A DNA stretch of 64,000 nucleotides from Vicinamibacteria bacterium (GTDB lineage: Bacteria; Acidobacteriota; Vicinamibacteria; Vicinamibacterales; JAENWD01): assembly GCA_963828745.1 (NCBI GenBank), contig CAWHFZ010000006.1, positions 65,549 to 129,548 on the forward strand. Reading direction: 5' to 3'. The notes under the pieces were generated by a model that saw nothing but the letters and a program-made list of their open reading frames with translations, did not search any database and was not told the origin of the DNA. Numbering within the stretch: the first letter of the stretch is position 1; the number at the start of each line of letters is the position of its first letter. Of the stretch, positions 26,168-35,078 are shown in pieces. The translations under genes and the position numbers were made by a program.

Positions 26168-26581
26168 ATGAAAGACATGATTCCGGCGCGGCTCCGGCGG
26201 ATGCGAGGGTTCACACTGATCGAAATGCTGATCGTGATGACCCTGATCGTGGTGCTGGCGTCGGTCGGGTTGATTGCGTATCAGACCAGCGTCCGGCGTG
26301 GCCGCGAGGCGGTCCTGAAAGAGGACCTGTACCGGATGCGCGATGCGATTGACCAGTACTACGCCGACAAGGGCAAGTATCCGACCGACCTGAACGAGCT
26401 CGTCTCGACCAACTACATCCGCCGCGTCCCCGTCGATCCGATGACGAACTCTGCCGAAACCTGGCAGACCGTCATGGCGGAGCCCGATCCGAGCAACCCT
26501 TCCGCCGAGTCGGGCCTCACCGATGTGAAGTCCGGCTCCGAAGGCGCTGCCATCGACGGTACGAACTACAACGAGTGGTAA
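26168..26581 (+). CDS. GspG-like pseudopilin
   Basis: RGFTLIEMLIVMTLIVVLA, AIDQYYADKGKYPTDLNELV and YIRRVPVDPMT. Confidence 0.8.
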   Translation: MKDMIPARLRRMRGFTLIEMLIVMTLIVVLASVGLIAYQTSVRRGREAVLKEDLYRMRDAIDQYYADKGKYPTDLNELVSTNYIRRVPVDPMTNSAETWQTVMAEPDPSNPSAESGLTDVKSGSEGAAIDGTNYNEW

Positions 26582-26596
26582 GGCTCCGGTCGCGCG

Positions 26597-27595
26597 CTAT
26601 CCCATCCACTGGGGATTGTGCGTCGTGCCGTCGAACATCGTGGTCGTCTTGAACGGCTCGAACTGGCCCGATGCCGCGGATTCCTTCGTCTTCTGCAGGA
26701 GGGCGTCAACCACTGCACGCGGCATTGGCGTGAAGCCGCGCACCGCCTGCAGGGCCTGCTCGAGCCGTTCCATGCTCTCGCACCCGGTGATCACGACCGA
26801 CGTCGGCAGATTGAGCGCGTAGTGCAAACACTCGATCGGCGTGACGACGCCGGTCTTGAGCACGAAGCCGTCGCCCATCGGCTTCATGCCCAGGACGCCG
26901 ACACCATCCTGCACAAGGCGGGGCAGGACGTCGTGCTCGAAGCTCTTGAAATGTGCGTCGAGGACGTTGAGCGGCATCTGGCAGCTGTCGAAGTGGAACT
27001 TGTTCTGGGCGGCGACGTCCAGCATCCTCGCGTGAACGGCCGGATCCTTGTGGCCGGTGAAGCCGATGTAACGGATCTTGCCCGCCTTCTTGGCTTCGAG
27101 GAGTGCCTCCAGCGGACCGCCGGTGGCGAAGAAGCGATCCGGATCGTTCATCCGGATGTTCTCGTGGTACTGCATCAGATCGATGACGTCCGTCTGCAGG
27201 CGCTTCAACGATTCGTCAATCTGCGAAGCGGTCGAGGCTTTCGTGCGGCCATCGAACTTCGTCATCAGGAAGACGCGTGGGCGCCGGCCATCGCGTAACG
27301 CGACACCCATGCGGCGCTCGCTCTCGCCGTCGTGGTAGTCCCAGCAGTTGTCCATGAACGTGATCCCGTGATCGATCGCCGCGTGGATGATGCGGATGCC
27401 GTCTGCGGGATCCTTGGGGCGGCCGATGTGATGGCCGCCGAGCCCGATCGCCGACACCTTCTCGCCGGTGCGGCCGAGCGTGCGATAGATCATCTCGCCC
27501 GACTTCGCATCGCTCGCCTGACCTCGTACGGCGTCGTGAGCAGCCCCGGTTAACGCGATAGTCGCTAACGTTCTCAGCGCATCTCTGCGATCCAT
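26597..27595 (-). CDS. Aldo/keto reductase with a twin-arginine-like signal
   Basis: MDRRDALRTLATIALTG at the N-terminus. AKR motifs GLGGHHIGR and DNCWDYHDGESE. Confidence 0.8.
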   Translation of the reverse strand: MDRRDALRTLATIALTGAAHDAVRGQASDAKSGEMIYRTLGRTGEKVSAIGLGGHHIGRPKDPADGIRIIHAAIDHGITFMDNCWDYHDGESERRMGVALRDGRRPRVFLMTKFDGRTKASTASQIDESLKRLQTDVIDLMQYHENIRMNDPDRFFATGGPLEALLEAKKAGKIRYIGFTGHKDPAVHARMLDVAAQNKFHFDSCQMPLNVLDAHFKSFEHDVLPRLVQDGVGVLGMKPMGDGFVLKTGVVTPIECLHYALNLPTSVVITGCESMERLEQALQAVRGFTPMPRAVVDALLQKTKESAASGQFEPFKTTTMFDGTTHNPQWMG

Positions 27596-27719
27596 AAGCC
27601 CTCCCGTTCGACAACTCGGTCGTCCACAACGTCACGGTAGATATCTGGTACAGGACTAAAGAGGCGCAATGGCGCCGCGACAGACGTATCTGAAAGCACA
27701 CCGATGGGCGGTTCGGTCC

Positions 27720-28712
27720 TCAGGGGGCCACAGGGCCCGGCAGCACTGTGATGACGATCGCTTTCGACGTCGTCTGGTTCGCCGTGTCGGTCACCGTGAC
27801 GCGCACGGTGTATTCGTCGTCCTCGTCGTAGACGTGGGTCGCAGTGACGTCACCCGAAACCGCTCCGAGATCGGCGGAGTCGCCGTCGCCGAACTCGATT
27901 TCCACGTTCTCGATCGGAGTGCCGCCTTCGGGCACCGTTATGGTGGCTTGGAATGTGACCGGCGTGCCGACGGTCGGTGGTGCCGTTCCGACGACGCTGA
28001 GATCAATGGTGGGGAGCGCAGTCACAGTTACATCGACCGTAGCTGCCTCCGCCGCGCCGGCCCGTGCGGTTACGGTTGCAGCCGTGGATGTGGTTAGAGT
28101 CACCCGCGCGACGCCGTTGCCGTCCGTGGTCGCCGATGACGCGTTCAGGCGACCTGCGGTGGTGGAAAACGTGACGGGAATTCCTTGGAGGAGATTGCCC
28201 GATTCGTCGAGCACCTGCGCAATGATCTGTACGGAAGCGCCCGTCGGCGGGACGCTCGACGGCTCGGCACGGACCGAGATCGTCTGCGCCGCGGCGGCCC
28301 CAATCGCGACCTCGATACTCGCGCCCGCACCGCCATCTTCGCCGCCGCTCGTCGCGGCGCCCGAGAACGCGGTGACGGTCGCCGTGCCCGACTGGCTGCC
28401 GGCGACCAGCTTGACGGTCGCCTTGCCGTTGTTCGTACGCGTCTCGCTCGGGTCGATGCGGCCGAGCGTCGTCGTGAACGATACCAGCGTCCCATCCGGG
28501 ACGGGCGTGCCTGGCTCCTCGGTGATCGTGGCGATCAGATCGATCGAGCCGTTCAGCGGCACCGAGGGCGCAGTGCTGAAAAGTTGAATCGTGGATTCGG
28601 TCGGCGCGGTCAGCGGAACGCGATCGCACGACGTCGCCGCAGCGACGAGCAGCACGAGCGCGACGAAGGCCTGTCGGACCCCGGAACCGGGCGCGATCGG
28701 GCGTGCTATCAT
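27720..28712 (-). CDS. Lipoprotein with bacterial Ig-like (Big) repeats and a C-terminal PKD domain
   Basis: Lipobox AATSC after MIARPIAPGS (ATG 28712). Repeats TTLGRIDPSETRTNNGKATVKL and TTAGRLNASSATTDGNGVARVTL. PKD motif THVYDEDDEYTVRVTVTD. Confidence 0.7.
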   Translation of the reverse strand: MIARPIAPGSGVRQAFVALVLLVAAATSCDRVPLTAPTESTIQLFSTAPSVPLNGSIDLIATITEEPGTPVPDGTLVSFTTTLGRIDPSETRTNNGKATVKLVAGSQSGTATVTAFSGAATSGGEDGGAGASIEVAIGAAAAQTISVRAEPSSVPPTGASVQIIAQVLDESGNLLQGIPVTFSTTAGRLNASSATTDGNGVARVTLTTSTAATVTARAGAAEAATVDVTVTALPTIDLSVVGTAPPTVGTPVTFQATITVPEGGTPIENVEIEFGDGDSADLGAVSGDVTATHVYDEDDEYTVRVTVTDTANQTTSKAIVITVLPGPVAP

Positions 28713-28734
28713 CCAAAGTAAGCATAAAGAAGCC

Positions 28735-29583
28735 ATGCAGTTAGCGCAAGAGACGTCACGCGACGAACGCGGCTTCGCGATGGCGGCCCTGCTCGTCGCG
28801 CTGGTGCTCATGTCGGTCGCGATGTCGGTGATGCTGCCGGTGTGGCGCACGCTGTCGGTCCGCGAGCGCGAGGAGGAGCTGATCTGGCGGGGACAGCAGT
28901 ACGATCGCGCCGTTCAGCTCTATCGCAAGAAGACGTCGGCGCCAGGCGCCCCAAGCATCGACGTGCTCGTCAAGGGCCGCTTCCTGCGGCAGAAGTATCT
29001 CGACCCGATGACCCGCGGTGATTTCGAGGTGGTTGGCGTCAATCCGGCTGGCGTCAATCCGGCTGGCGTCAATCCGGCTGGCGTCAATCCGGTCGGCAAC
29101 ACCAACGCCCCGGGGATGCAGCAGCCGAAGATCGGTTTCGGACAATTGATCGGCGGCGTTCGCAGCAAGAGCAAGGCACGGTCCTTCCGGGAACTCGATG
29201 GCAAGAAGACCTACGCCGAATGGCAGTTCGTGTATGTGCCATGGAAGCCAGGCGGTCAGCCGGCGCTCCCGGGCACTCAAGGTCCTGGTGGCCTACGGTC
29301 GCCCGGCCAGCCGCGACCCGGATCCGGATTTCAACTCGGCTCCGGCACGTCCAGTCCGTTTTCGTCAGGAAGCGGATCCACCACGCCCGGATCCACCACG
29401 CCCCGGAACAGCCGTAGCCGCACAAGTTCATCCACGATCGCTTCGTGCACCAACGGACGCAGACGCGCGAGCCCGTCGACGGGATCGGTCGGACGTTGCG
29501 GGTGCACACGGTTGGTCAGCAGGACCACGTACAGATCGAGCACCGGATCGATCCAGAGCGAGGTGCCCGTAAAGCCGGTGTGA
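28735..29583 (+). CDS. Pseudopilin-like protein with a degenerate prepilin N-terminus and pentapeptide repeats. The 3' end is uncertain because it overlaps the convergent hydrolase by ~250 nt.
   Basis: RGFAMAALLVALVLMSVAMSV, EEELIWRGQQYDRAVQLYRKK..LRQKYLDPMT, (GVNPA)x4, and a Gly/Ser/Pro-rich tail. ATG at 28735. Confidence 0.45.
   Translation: MQLAQETSRDERGFAMAALLVALVLMSVAMSVMLPVWRTLSVREREEELIWRGQQYDRAVQLYRKKTSAPGAPSIDVLVKGRFLRQKYLDPMTRGDFEVVGVNPAGVNPAGVNPAGVNPVGNTNAPGMQQPKIGFGQLIGGVRSKSKARSFRELDGKKTYAEWQFVYVPWKPGGQPALPGTQGPGGLRSPGQPRPGSGFQLGSGTSSPFSSGSGSTTPGSTTPRNSRSRTSSSTIASCTNGRRRASPSTGSVGRCGCTRLVSRTTYRSSTGSIQSEVPVKPV
29036..29095 (+). repeat. 15-bp tandem repeat x4 (GGCGTCAATCCGGCT), in frame, encoding GVNPA x4
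   Basis: Three perfect copies and one copy with a single change (GGTC). Confidence 0.95.
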
Positions 29584-30485
29584 CCGAAGGCGGCGGGCGT
29601 GAATCGCCGGCCGCACGAGGACGTCGGGCGCATGCGGTCCCAGCCAAGAGCTCGGGAACTGCCGGGCACAGTGCTTTGCTGCAGGAACCGGCGAAGGAGC
29701 CACGGTTCGCCGAGTCGCGTTGGCGCGCGCTGCGTGTCCATGACCAGACGCGCGTAGCGTCCGACGGCGGCGGCAGTTCCGAAAAGGCCAGCATGCCCGG
29801 CAACGCCCCCCAGCCGCCAGGCATTCTCGTCATGCACTTCCGCCACGAGAAGGCGTCCGCGCAGCAGGCGATCGTCCTCCGTGGGTGCGGTTCGTGCGCG
29901 CTCGGCCTTTCCCGGCGTGTACGTCAGATCGCGCTCGCCGATCCGTGCGCTGAAGAGTTCGGCCAGGTTCTGCCCCGCAACCTGCTCGAGAATGAGGCCG
30001 AGGAGAATGAATCCCAGGTCGCTGTAAATCGACCGCGACCGCGGCGGGTATTCGAGCGGCATCGTCGCGATCTCGTGAGCGAACTCCCGGCGCGACTCGG
30101 CACGCCGGAAGATGTCCGACCAGGCGATGAAGCCGGCGCAGTGTTCGAGCAGATCCGCAATCGTCACCCGTTCGCGATCGCGGCCGCGCCAGTCGGGGAG
30201 GTAGAACGCCACCGGCGCGTTCAGCAGTAAGCGCCGCTCGCCCGTGAGCTGCATGGCGATCGGCGTCGTCGCGATCACCTTGGTCAGCGATGCGAGATCG
30301 AAAAGCGTGTCACTCGTGACCGGCGGCGCGTCGTCCGCGTAACTCAGGTGGCCGTGCGTCCACTGCCAAAGCACGGTATCGTGGCGGCCCACCTCGATCG
30401 CCGCGGCGGGAAAGGCTCGTGCCGCCGCGGCATCGGTCACGAGCCGCTCGACTGCGGTGAAATTACGCACCGGACTCCCGCGCAC
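29331..30485 (-). CDS. Serine hydrolase of the beta-lactamase/transpeptidase-like family. Both the start and the C-terminal tail are uncertain.
   Basis: SxxK motif [13 protein letters not shown]. ..LLTNRVHP sits near the usual family C-terminus and is followed by ~55 extra residues. Confidence 0.7.
   Translation of the reverse strand: MRGSPVRNFTAVERLVTDAAAARAFPAAAIEVGRHDTVLWQWTHGHLSYADDAPPVTSDTLFDLASLTKVIATTPIAMQLTGERRLLLNAPVAFYLPDWRGRDRERVTIADLLEHCAGFIAWSDIFRRAESRREFAHEIATMPLEYPPRSRSIYSDLGFILLGLILEQVAGQNLAELFSARIGERDLTYTPGKAERARTAPTEDDRLLRGRLLVAEVHDENAWRLGGVAGHAGLFGTAAAVGRYARLVMDTQRAPTRLGEPWLLRRFLQQSTVPGSSRALGWDRMRPTSSCGRRFTPAAFGHTGFTGTSLWIDPVLDLYVVLLTNRVHPQRPTDPVDGLARLRPLVHEAIVDELVRLRLFRGVVDPGVVDPLPDENGLDVPEPS
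29374..29403. repeat. 15-bp tandem repeat x2 (GGATCCACCACGCCC)
   Basis: Perfect duplication. It reads [10 protein letters not shown] on the plus strand and [10 protein letters not shown] on the minus strand. Confidence 0.9.
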
Positions 30486-31983
30486 GCTCGCCCAGGATCC
30501 GGCTGACCGCGACGCCCGCAGCCAGCGTCGCTATGGATCCGATCAGCACATACCACTGCCAGTTGACGACGGTCAGCACGCGAACGGCCAGCATGACGAG
30601 CGCGCCAATCGCCATGCCGACGAATGCGCCGCGGCGGCCGACGACGATGGTGAACGTCCCGAGCAGGAAGACACCGAGGATGACGCCGTTCGTGAACGAG
30701 GCAATGCCGAGCACTTCGTCGACAATGCGACGCGATATCTGAATCGCGGCGAGGCCGACGACGATCTGCAGCAGCCCGAATGCGATCGTGAAGAGCCGCG
30801 ACACGTTCAAGTAGTGGCGCTCGCCTCGTGTTCCGCCGGTCAGGGGCTGGTAGAAGTCGGTAAGCGCCGCCGCCGCCGAGGCATTCAGAGACGACGACAT
30901 CGCGGCCGCCAGAATCGCCGCGACGACGAGGCCCATCAGGCCGGCGGGCAGATGCGTGACGATGAACTGCGGGAAGACGCGATCTGAGGCGACGCGGCCG
31001 TCGATGGTCAACGAGGCGAGCTCGCCCGGTGCATGGGCGGTGTAGAAGACGTACAGCAGCGTTCCGATCACCAGGAACAGCGCAAACTGGACGAAGACGA
31101 AGACGCCGCTGACGAGCAGCGCCTTTCGGGCGGACCGTTCGCTGTCGCTGCACAAATACCGCTGGACCATGAACTGATCGGTCCCATGCGTTGCGGTCGT
31201 GAGAAACGCGCCGCCGATCACGCCGGACCAGAATGTGTAGCCGCGGGTGAGATCGAGCGTGAAATCGAACACGCGCAGCTTGTGGCCGGTGGTTGCCAGT
31301 CGGGCGATTTCGTTCCAGCCTCCAGGGATCTCCTGCCAGAGGATGAACGCAGAGGCGAGCGCGCCGATCAGATAGATGGCGAGCTGGATGACGTCGGTCC
31401 AGATGAGCGCCGTCATCCCGCCGAGGAAGGTGTAGACGATCATGGCGAGCCCGAGCGCCACGACGGCCGCCACCAGCAGCGGGTTCGCCGGATCGCTCGC
31501 CGGCACCATCGCCTGCACTGCCGATTTCACGCCCGGCATCGCGACGAAGAGCGCCGCGAGGACCAGCGCCGTGGCAAACAGACGGAAGCCGTCCGAGAGC
31601 GTACGGGTCACGAGGAACAGCCCGGACGCCAGCTGCTTGACCGTTCCGCCAAATCGCCCCTCGAGCAGCTGATAGACGGTCAGCACCTCGCCGCGGAAGT
31701 ACGCCGGCACGAAGATCACGCTCACAACGACCCGGCCGACGATGTACCCCATCGGCAGTTGCAGGAAGGTGTAGTCGGTTCCAAAGGCGTAGCCGGGCAC
31801 GCTGATGAACGTCACGGCGCTCGTCTCGGTCGAGACGATCGACGCCATGATCACCCACCAGGGCAGATCGCGGCCGCTGACGAAGTAGTACTTGAGGTCT
31901 GTCTGCCGTCGGGAGAACCAGGCGCCCAGGAGGATCGTGCCGGCGAAGTACGCGGCGATGATGGCCAGGTCCAGCGTCGGCAT
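30463..31983 (-). CDS. Sodium:solute symporter family (SSF) transporter
   Basis: 506 aa and multi-TM. N-terminus [24 protein letters not shown].. is typical of the SSF family. Confidence 0.85.
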   Translation of the reverse strand: MPTLDLAIIAAYFAGTILLGAWFSRRQTDLKYYFVSGRDLPWWVIMASIVSTETSAVTFISVPGYAFGTDYTFLQLPMGYIVGRVVVSVIFVPAYFRGEVLTVYQLLEGRFGGTVKQLASGLFLVTRTLSDGFRLFATALVLAALFVAMPGVKSAVQAMVPASDPANPLLVAAVVALGLAMIVYTFLGGMTALIWTDVIQLAIYLIGALASAFILWQEIPGGWNEIARLATTGHKLRVFDFTLDLTRGYTFWSGVIGGAFLTTATHGTDQFMVQRYLCSDSERSARKALLVSGVFVFVQFALFLVIGTLLYVFYTAHAPGELASLTIDGRVASDRVFPQFIVTHLPAGLMGLVVAAILAAAMSSSLNASAAAALTDFYQPLTGGTRGERHYLNVSRLFTIAFGLLQIVVGLAAIQISRRIVDEVLGIASFTNGVILGVFLLGTFTIVVGRRGAFVGMAIGALVMLAVRVLTVVNWQWYVLIGSIATLAAGVAVSRILGERARESGA

Positions 31984-31986
31984 CGA

Positions 31987-33240
31987 TCAGGGTGAGAAGG
32001 CGGCGCGGCTGATGCTTGCGAGGTAGTCGAGGCCTCTCGGTGCCAGGCTGTCGTAAGAGAAGAGGACGATTCCACTGGCGCCGAGGCGTCTTGCGGTCTC
32101 GATGTTCTGGACGGTTTGCGCCGGCGACAACCGATAGGCGCCGATTCCCGCCCACACCGGTTGATTGCCCGCCGCCTGCCGGACGGTGGCGATTTGCGAA
32201 GCGAAAATCGTCGCGTCCGGCGTGTACGCCATCGGACAGACGACGTCGATCCAGCGCTTCTCGAGCCACAGCGGCCAGTCCTGGAACTTGCGCCCCGTCG
32301 CTTCCGCCGGTTCCGGATAGACGGCCGCGCTGAATAGCGCCTCGGGCCGCCGCGCCTTGACAGCCGTGCGCAGGCGGAGCACCAGGGAGTTCAGCCGCGA
32401 CCGCCGGAATCCCGCCCATCGTTCCGTGTAGGTGTCGGTTGCCGCCAACAGCGCGGTCATATTGCCGGGATCGAAGCGACGCCGCTCCTCCGGCGTCATC
32501 GCGGCGTCGAGATCCTGCCGGAAGGCCTGCAGCGCCAGCCGGCTGAAGTCGAACTCCGCGCCCGGATACCGGATGTAATCCACGTGCACGCCGTCGAGGG
32601 CGTAGCGACGGGCCAGATCGTCCACGACACCGACAAGATGATCCGCGGCGCCGGGATGAATCGGCGAGACGAACAGTCCCTCCACGTCATCCGCGGCGCG
32701 GGTCCAGCGCGCGAGACGGCCGAGATATTCAGGGCTCCGCACGTCGATGCGCGACAGCGCGTACGCAAGCGGGCGCGGCAGCATCAGCCATTCCGGATGA
32801 CGGTAGATCAAGTGATCACGCGACGCCGGCAGGTCGGCGGCCGACGAGATCAGGTTCACGTTCACCCATGCGTGAACGCGAAGGCCTTCAGCCTGAGCCT
32901 GCGTGATGAGGGTCGCGAGCGGATCGAAGCTGGCGGCCTGACCGGTCAACAAGTCGGCGCGCGGCTCGAGCGCGCTCTCGAAATAGGCATCGCCGCGGCC
33001 ACGCACCTGCACCAGAAGCGTGTTGAAGCCACTGGCGCGGGCCATCTGGACGACCGTGTGCACCGACCGTGGCGAGGTGAGGCTCGCCCGCGTCACCCAG
33101 AGCGCGCGAACCTCATCGCGGGCGGCAGCGGCGCGCGGCGCCGGCGTCGCCAGCAGCAGGGCGGCGGTCACGACAACGGCAATTCCGGCGGACGAGAGCG
33201 TGCGGTGTGAAGGTTTGGGCAGGCCAAACGGCGCAAACAT
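31987..33240 (-). CDS. Glycoside hydrolase-like family 10 (GHL10/DUF187, YngK-like) secreted protein
   Basis: Signal peptide, then RALWVTRASL..GFNTLLVQVRGRGDAYF. Confidence 0.65.
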   Translation of the reverse strand: MFAPFGLPKPSHRTLSSAGIAVVVTAALLLATPAPRAAAARDEVRALWVTRASLTSPRSVHTVVQMARASGFNTLLVQVRGRGDAYFESALEPRADLLTGQAASFDPLATLITQAQAEGLRVHAWVNVNLISSAADLPASRDHLIYRHPEWLMLPRPLAYALSRIDVRSPEYLGRLARWTRAADDVEGLFVSPIHPGAADHLVGVVDDLARRYALDGVHVDYIRYPGAEFDFSRLALQAFRQDLDAAMTPEERRRFDPGNMTALLAATDTYTERWAGFRRSRLNSLVLRLRTAVKARRPEALFSAAVYPEPAEATGRKFQDWPLWLEKRWIDVVCPMAYTPDATIFASQIATVRQAAGNQPVWAGIGAYRLSPAQTVQNIETARRLGASGIVLFSYDSLAPRGLDYLASISRAAFSP

Positions 33241-33251
33241 CGAATGTTCGC

Positions 33252-33315
33252 ACTGTAACTGTCGTGTCGCGGAGTGTCAACGAAGGTTGACAGCATCGAG
33301 CAGGCTTTCTATGCT
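33252..33315. promoter_or_regulatory. Back-to-back divergent sigma70-like promoters sharing an 18-bp palindrome (TGTCAAC-GAAG-GTTGACA, 33275-33292)
   Basis: Plus strand: TTGACA (33287-33292), 17 nt, TATGCT (33310-33315). Minus strand: TTGACA (33280-33275), 17 nt, TACAGT (33257-33252). Confidence 0.45.
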
Positions 33316-33367
33316 GCCTTGCCCATCCACGGACCCCGCCGCCCACGGGGAATTTCCCGGATTGTCA

Positions 33368-34306
33368 ATGTTTGTGCTCGGAATCGACGCCGGTGGATCG
33401 AAAACCGTTTGCCTGCTGTCGGACGGCGACGGCGAAGTCCGCCGATCCGCGCGCGGACCCGGTGCGAACCTCGCGGTACTCGGAGAGCTGGAGGTCGAAA
33501 AGGTCCTGTACGAGCTGATGGAGCAGGTGCTGACCGACGAGCGGAGCGGTCCGGCTGCCGCAATCTGCCTCGGCATCGCCGGAGTCGATCGGGCGGAGGA
33601 CGCCGCCGTCATTCGCGGCATCCTGCGGCGCATCGGGCAGAAAGCGCCCGTGCTCGTCGTCAACGACGCGCTGATTGCGCTGGAGGCCGGCGCCGGCGAC
33701 GGTCCCGGAATCGTGATCATCGCGGGCACGGGATCGATTTGCTACGGGCGCAACGAGAAGGGACAGGCGGCGCGCGCCGGTGGTTGGGGATACATGCTCG
33801 CCGACGAGGGCAGCGGCTGGTGGATTGGGCAGCGCGCGATCATGGCAGTCATGCGCCAGTTCGATGGTCGAGGGCCAGCGACCGCTCTGACCCCGCGGGT
33901 GCTCGCGCATTTTGGCGTCGCCGAGCCATTTCAGCTCGTCTACGAGGTCTATTATCGCGACACGCGCCGGCGGCTGATCGCGTCGCTGAGCGAGGCCGTG
34001 CGCACGTCGGCCGATGAAGGCGACCCGGTGGCGCGGGAGATCATCGCTGGCGCTGCCGCGGAGCTCGTGGTTGGGGTACGCTCGGTGGCCGAGCGGCTGG
34101 AGATGCGCGGCGGGCAGTTCCCGCTGGTCCTGGCAGGCAGCATCTTTCGTGTCCTGCCGGCCCTGAAAGCCGATGTGATCGAGCGCGTCGCGGAAGTGGT
34201 ACCGCGAAGCCAGCCGCGCACGCTCGACGCCGAGCCGGCACTCGGAGCAGTGCGCCTCGCGCTGGCCGAGGCGCGCGGAGGCGCCCGGCTGCCGGTGTAC
34301 ATCTGA
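33368..34306 (+). CDS. BadF/BadG/BcrA/BcrD-type ATPase (N-acetylglucosamine / MurNAc kinase family)
   Basis: MFVLGIDAGGSKT, IIAGTGS and DEGSGWWIG. ATG 33368 lies inside ORF 33020-34306. Confidence 0.75.
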   Translation: MFVLGIDAGGSKTVCLLSDGDGEVRRSARGPGANLAVLGELEVEKVLYELMEQVLTDERSGPAAAICLGIAGVDRAEDAAVIRGILRRIGQKAPVLVVNDALIALEAGAGDGPGIVIIAGTGSICYGRNEKGQAARAGGWGYMLADEGSGWWIGQRAIMAVMRQFDGRGPATALTPRVLAHFGVAEPFQLVYEVYYRDTRRRLIASLSEAVRTSADEGDPVAREIIAGAAAELVVGVRSVAERLEMRGGQFPLVLAGSIFRVLPALKADVIERVAEVVPRSQPRTLDAEPALGAVRLALAEARGGARLPVYI

Positions 34307-34334
34307 TCGATTCCCTGGAGAGAACTGACCGACT

Positions 34335-35078
34335 GTGCAGCTACACATCTTCCCCGACGACGCCGCCATGGCTCGCGCCGTGGCTCTTCGCATAACGAAA
34401 CTCGTCGCCGCCAGGCCGGCGGCGGTACTGGGTCTGCCCACCGGCCGGACTCCGGTCCGGCTCTACGCGCATCTGCGGGATCTGGCGGCCGCGGGCAAAC
34501 TCGATTTCTCGCAAGTGACGACCTTCAACCTCGATGAGTTCTACGGTCTACCTGCAGACCATCCGGCAAGCTATCGCAGCTTCATGGAGGAGCACCTGTT
34601 CCAGCACGTGAATCTCAACCGCAAGCGGATTCACTTTCTGAACGGGAAGGACCGGGACGCCGCCCGCGAGTGTCGTCGCTACGAAGCCGCAATCGCGCGC
34701 GCCGGCGGCATCGATCTACAGATTCTCGGCATTGGCACGAACGGTCACATCGGTTTCAACGAGCCCGCCCCCGGGCTCCAGTCGAGTACGCACCTCGCTC
34801 GCCTGAAGCCCGAAACGCGCCACTCGAACGCCAATCTCTTCGACGGTCGTGTCGCCGCTGTGCCCAAGGAAGCGTTGTCGATGGGGGTCGGTACGATCCT
34901 GCGCGCCAGAGCCGTGATTCTGATGGCCAACGGCGGCGGGAAGGCAGATGCCGTGAAGGCGACGGTGGAAGGGCAGGTGACGACGCGGATGCCGGCATCA
35001 CTCCTGCAACTTCACCGGCACGTCGAGCTGATCCTCGACCCGGCCGCCGCGTCGAAGCTACGCGCCCGGGAGCGGTGA
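34335..35078 (+). CDS. nagB: Glucosamine-6-phosphate deaminase
   Basis: GLPTGRTP, FNLDEFYG and GIGTNGHIGFNEP. GTG start. Confidence 0.9.
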   Translation: MQLHIFPDDAAMARAVALRITKLVAARPAAVLGLPTGRTPVRLYAHLRDLAAAGKLDFSQVTTFNLDEFYGLPADHPASYRSFMEEHLFQHVNLNRKRIHFLNGKDRDAARECRRYEAAIARAGGIDLQILGIGTNGHIGFNEPAPGLQSSTHLARLKPETRHSNANLFDGRVAAVPKEALSMGVGTILRARAVILMANGGGKADAVKATVEGQVTTRMPASLLQLHRHVELILDPAAASKLRARER

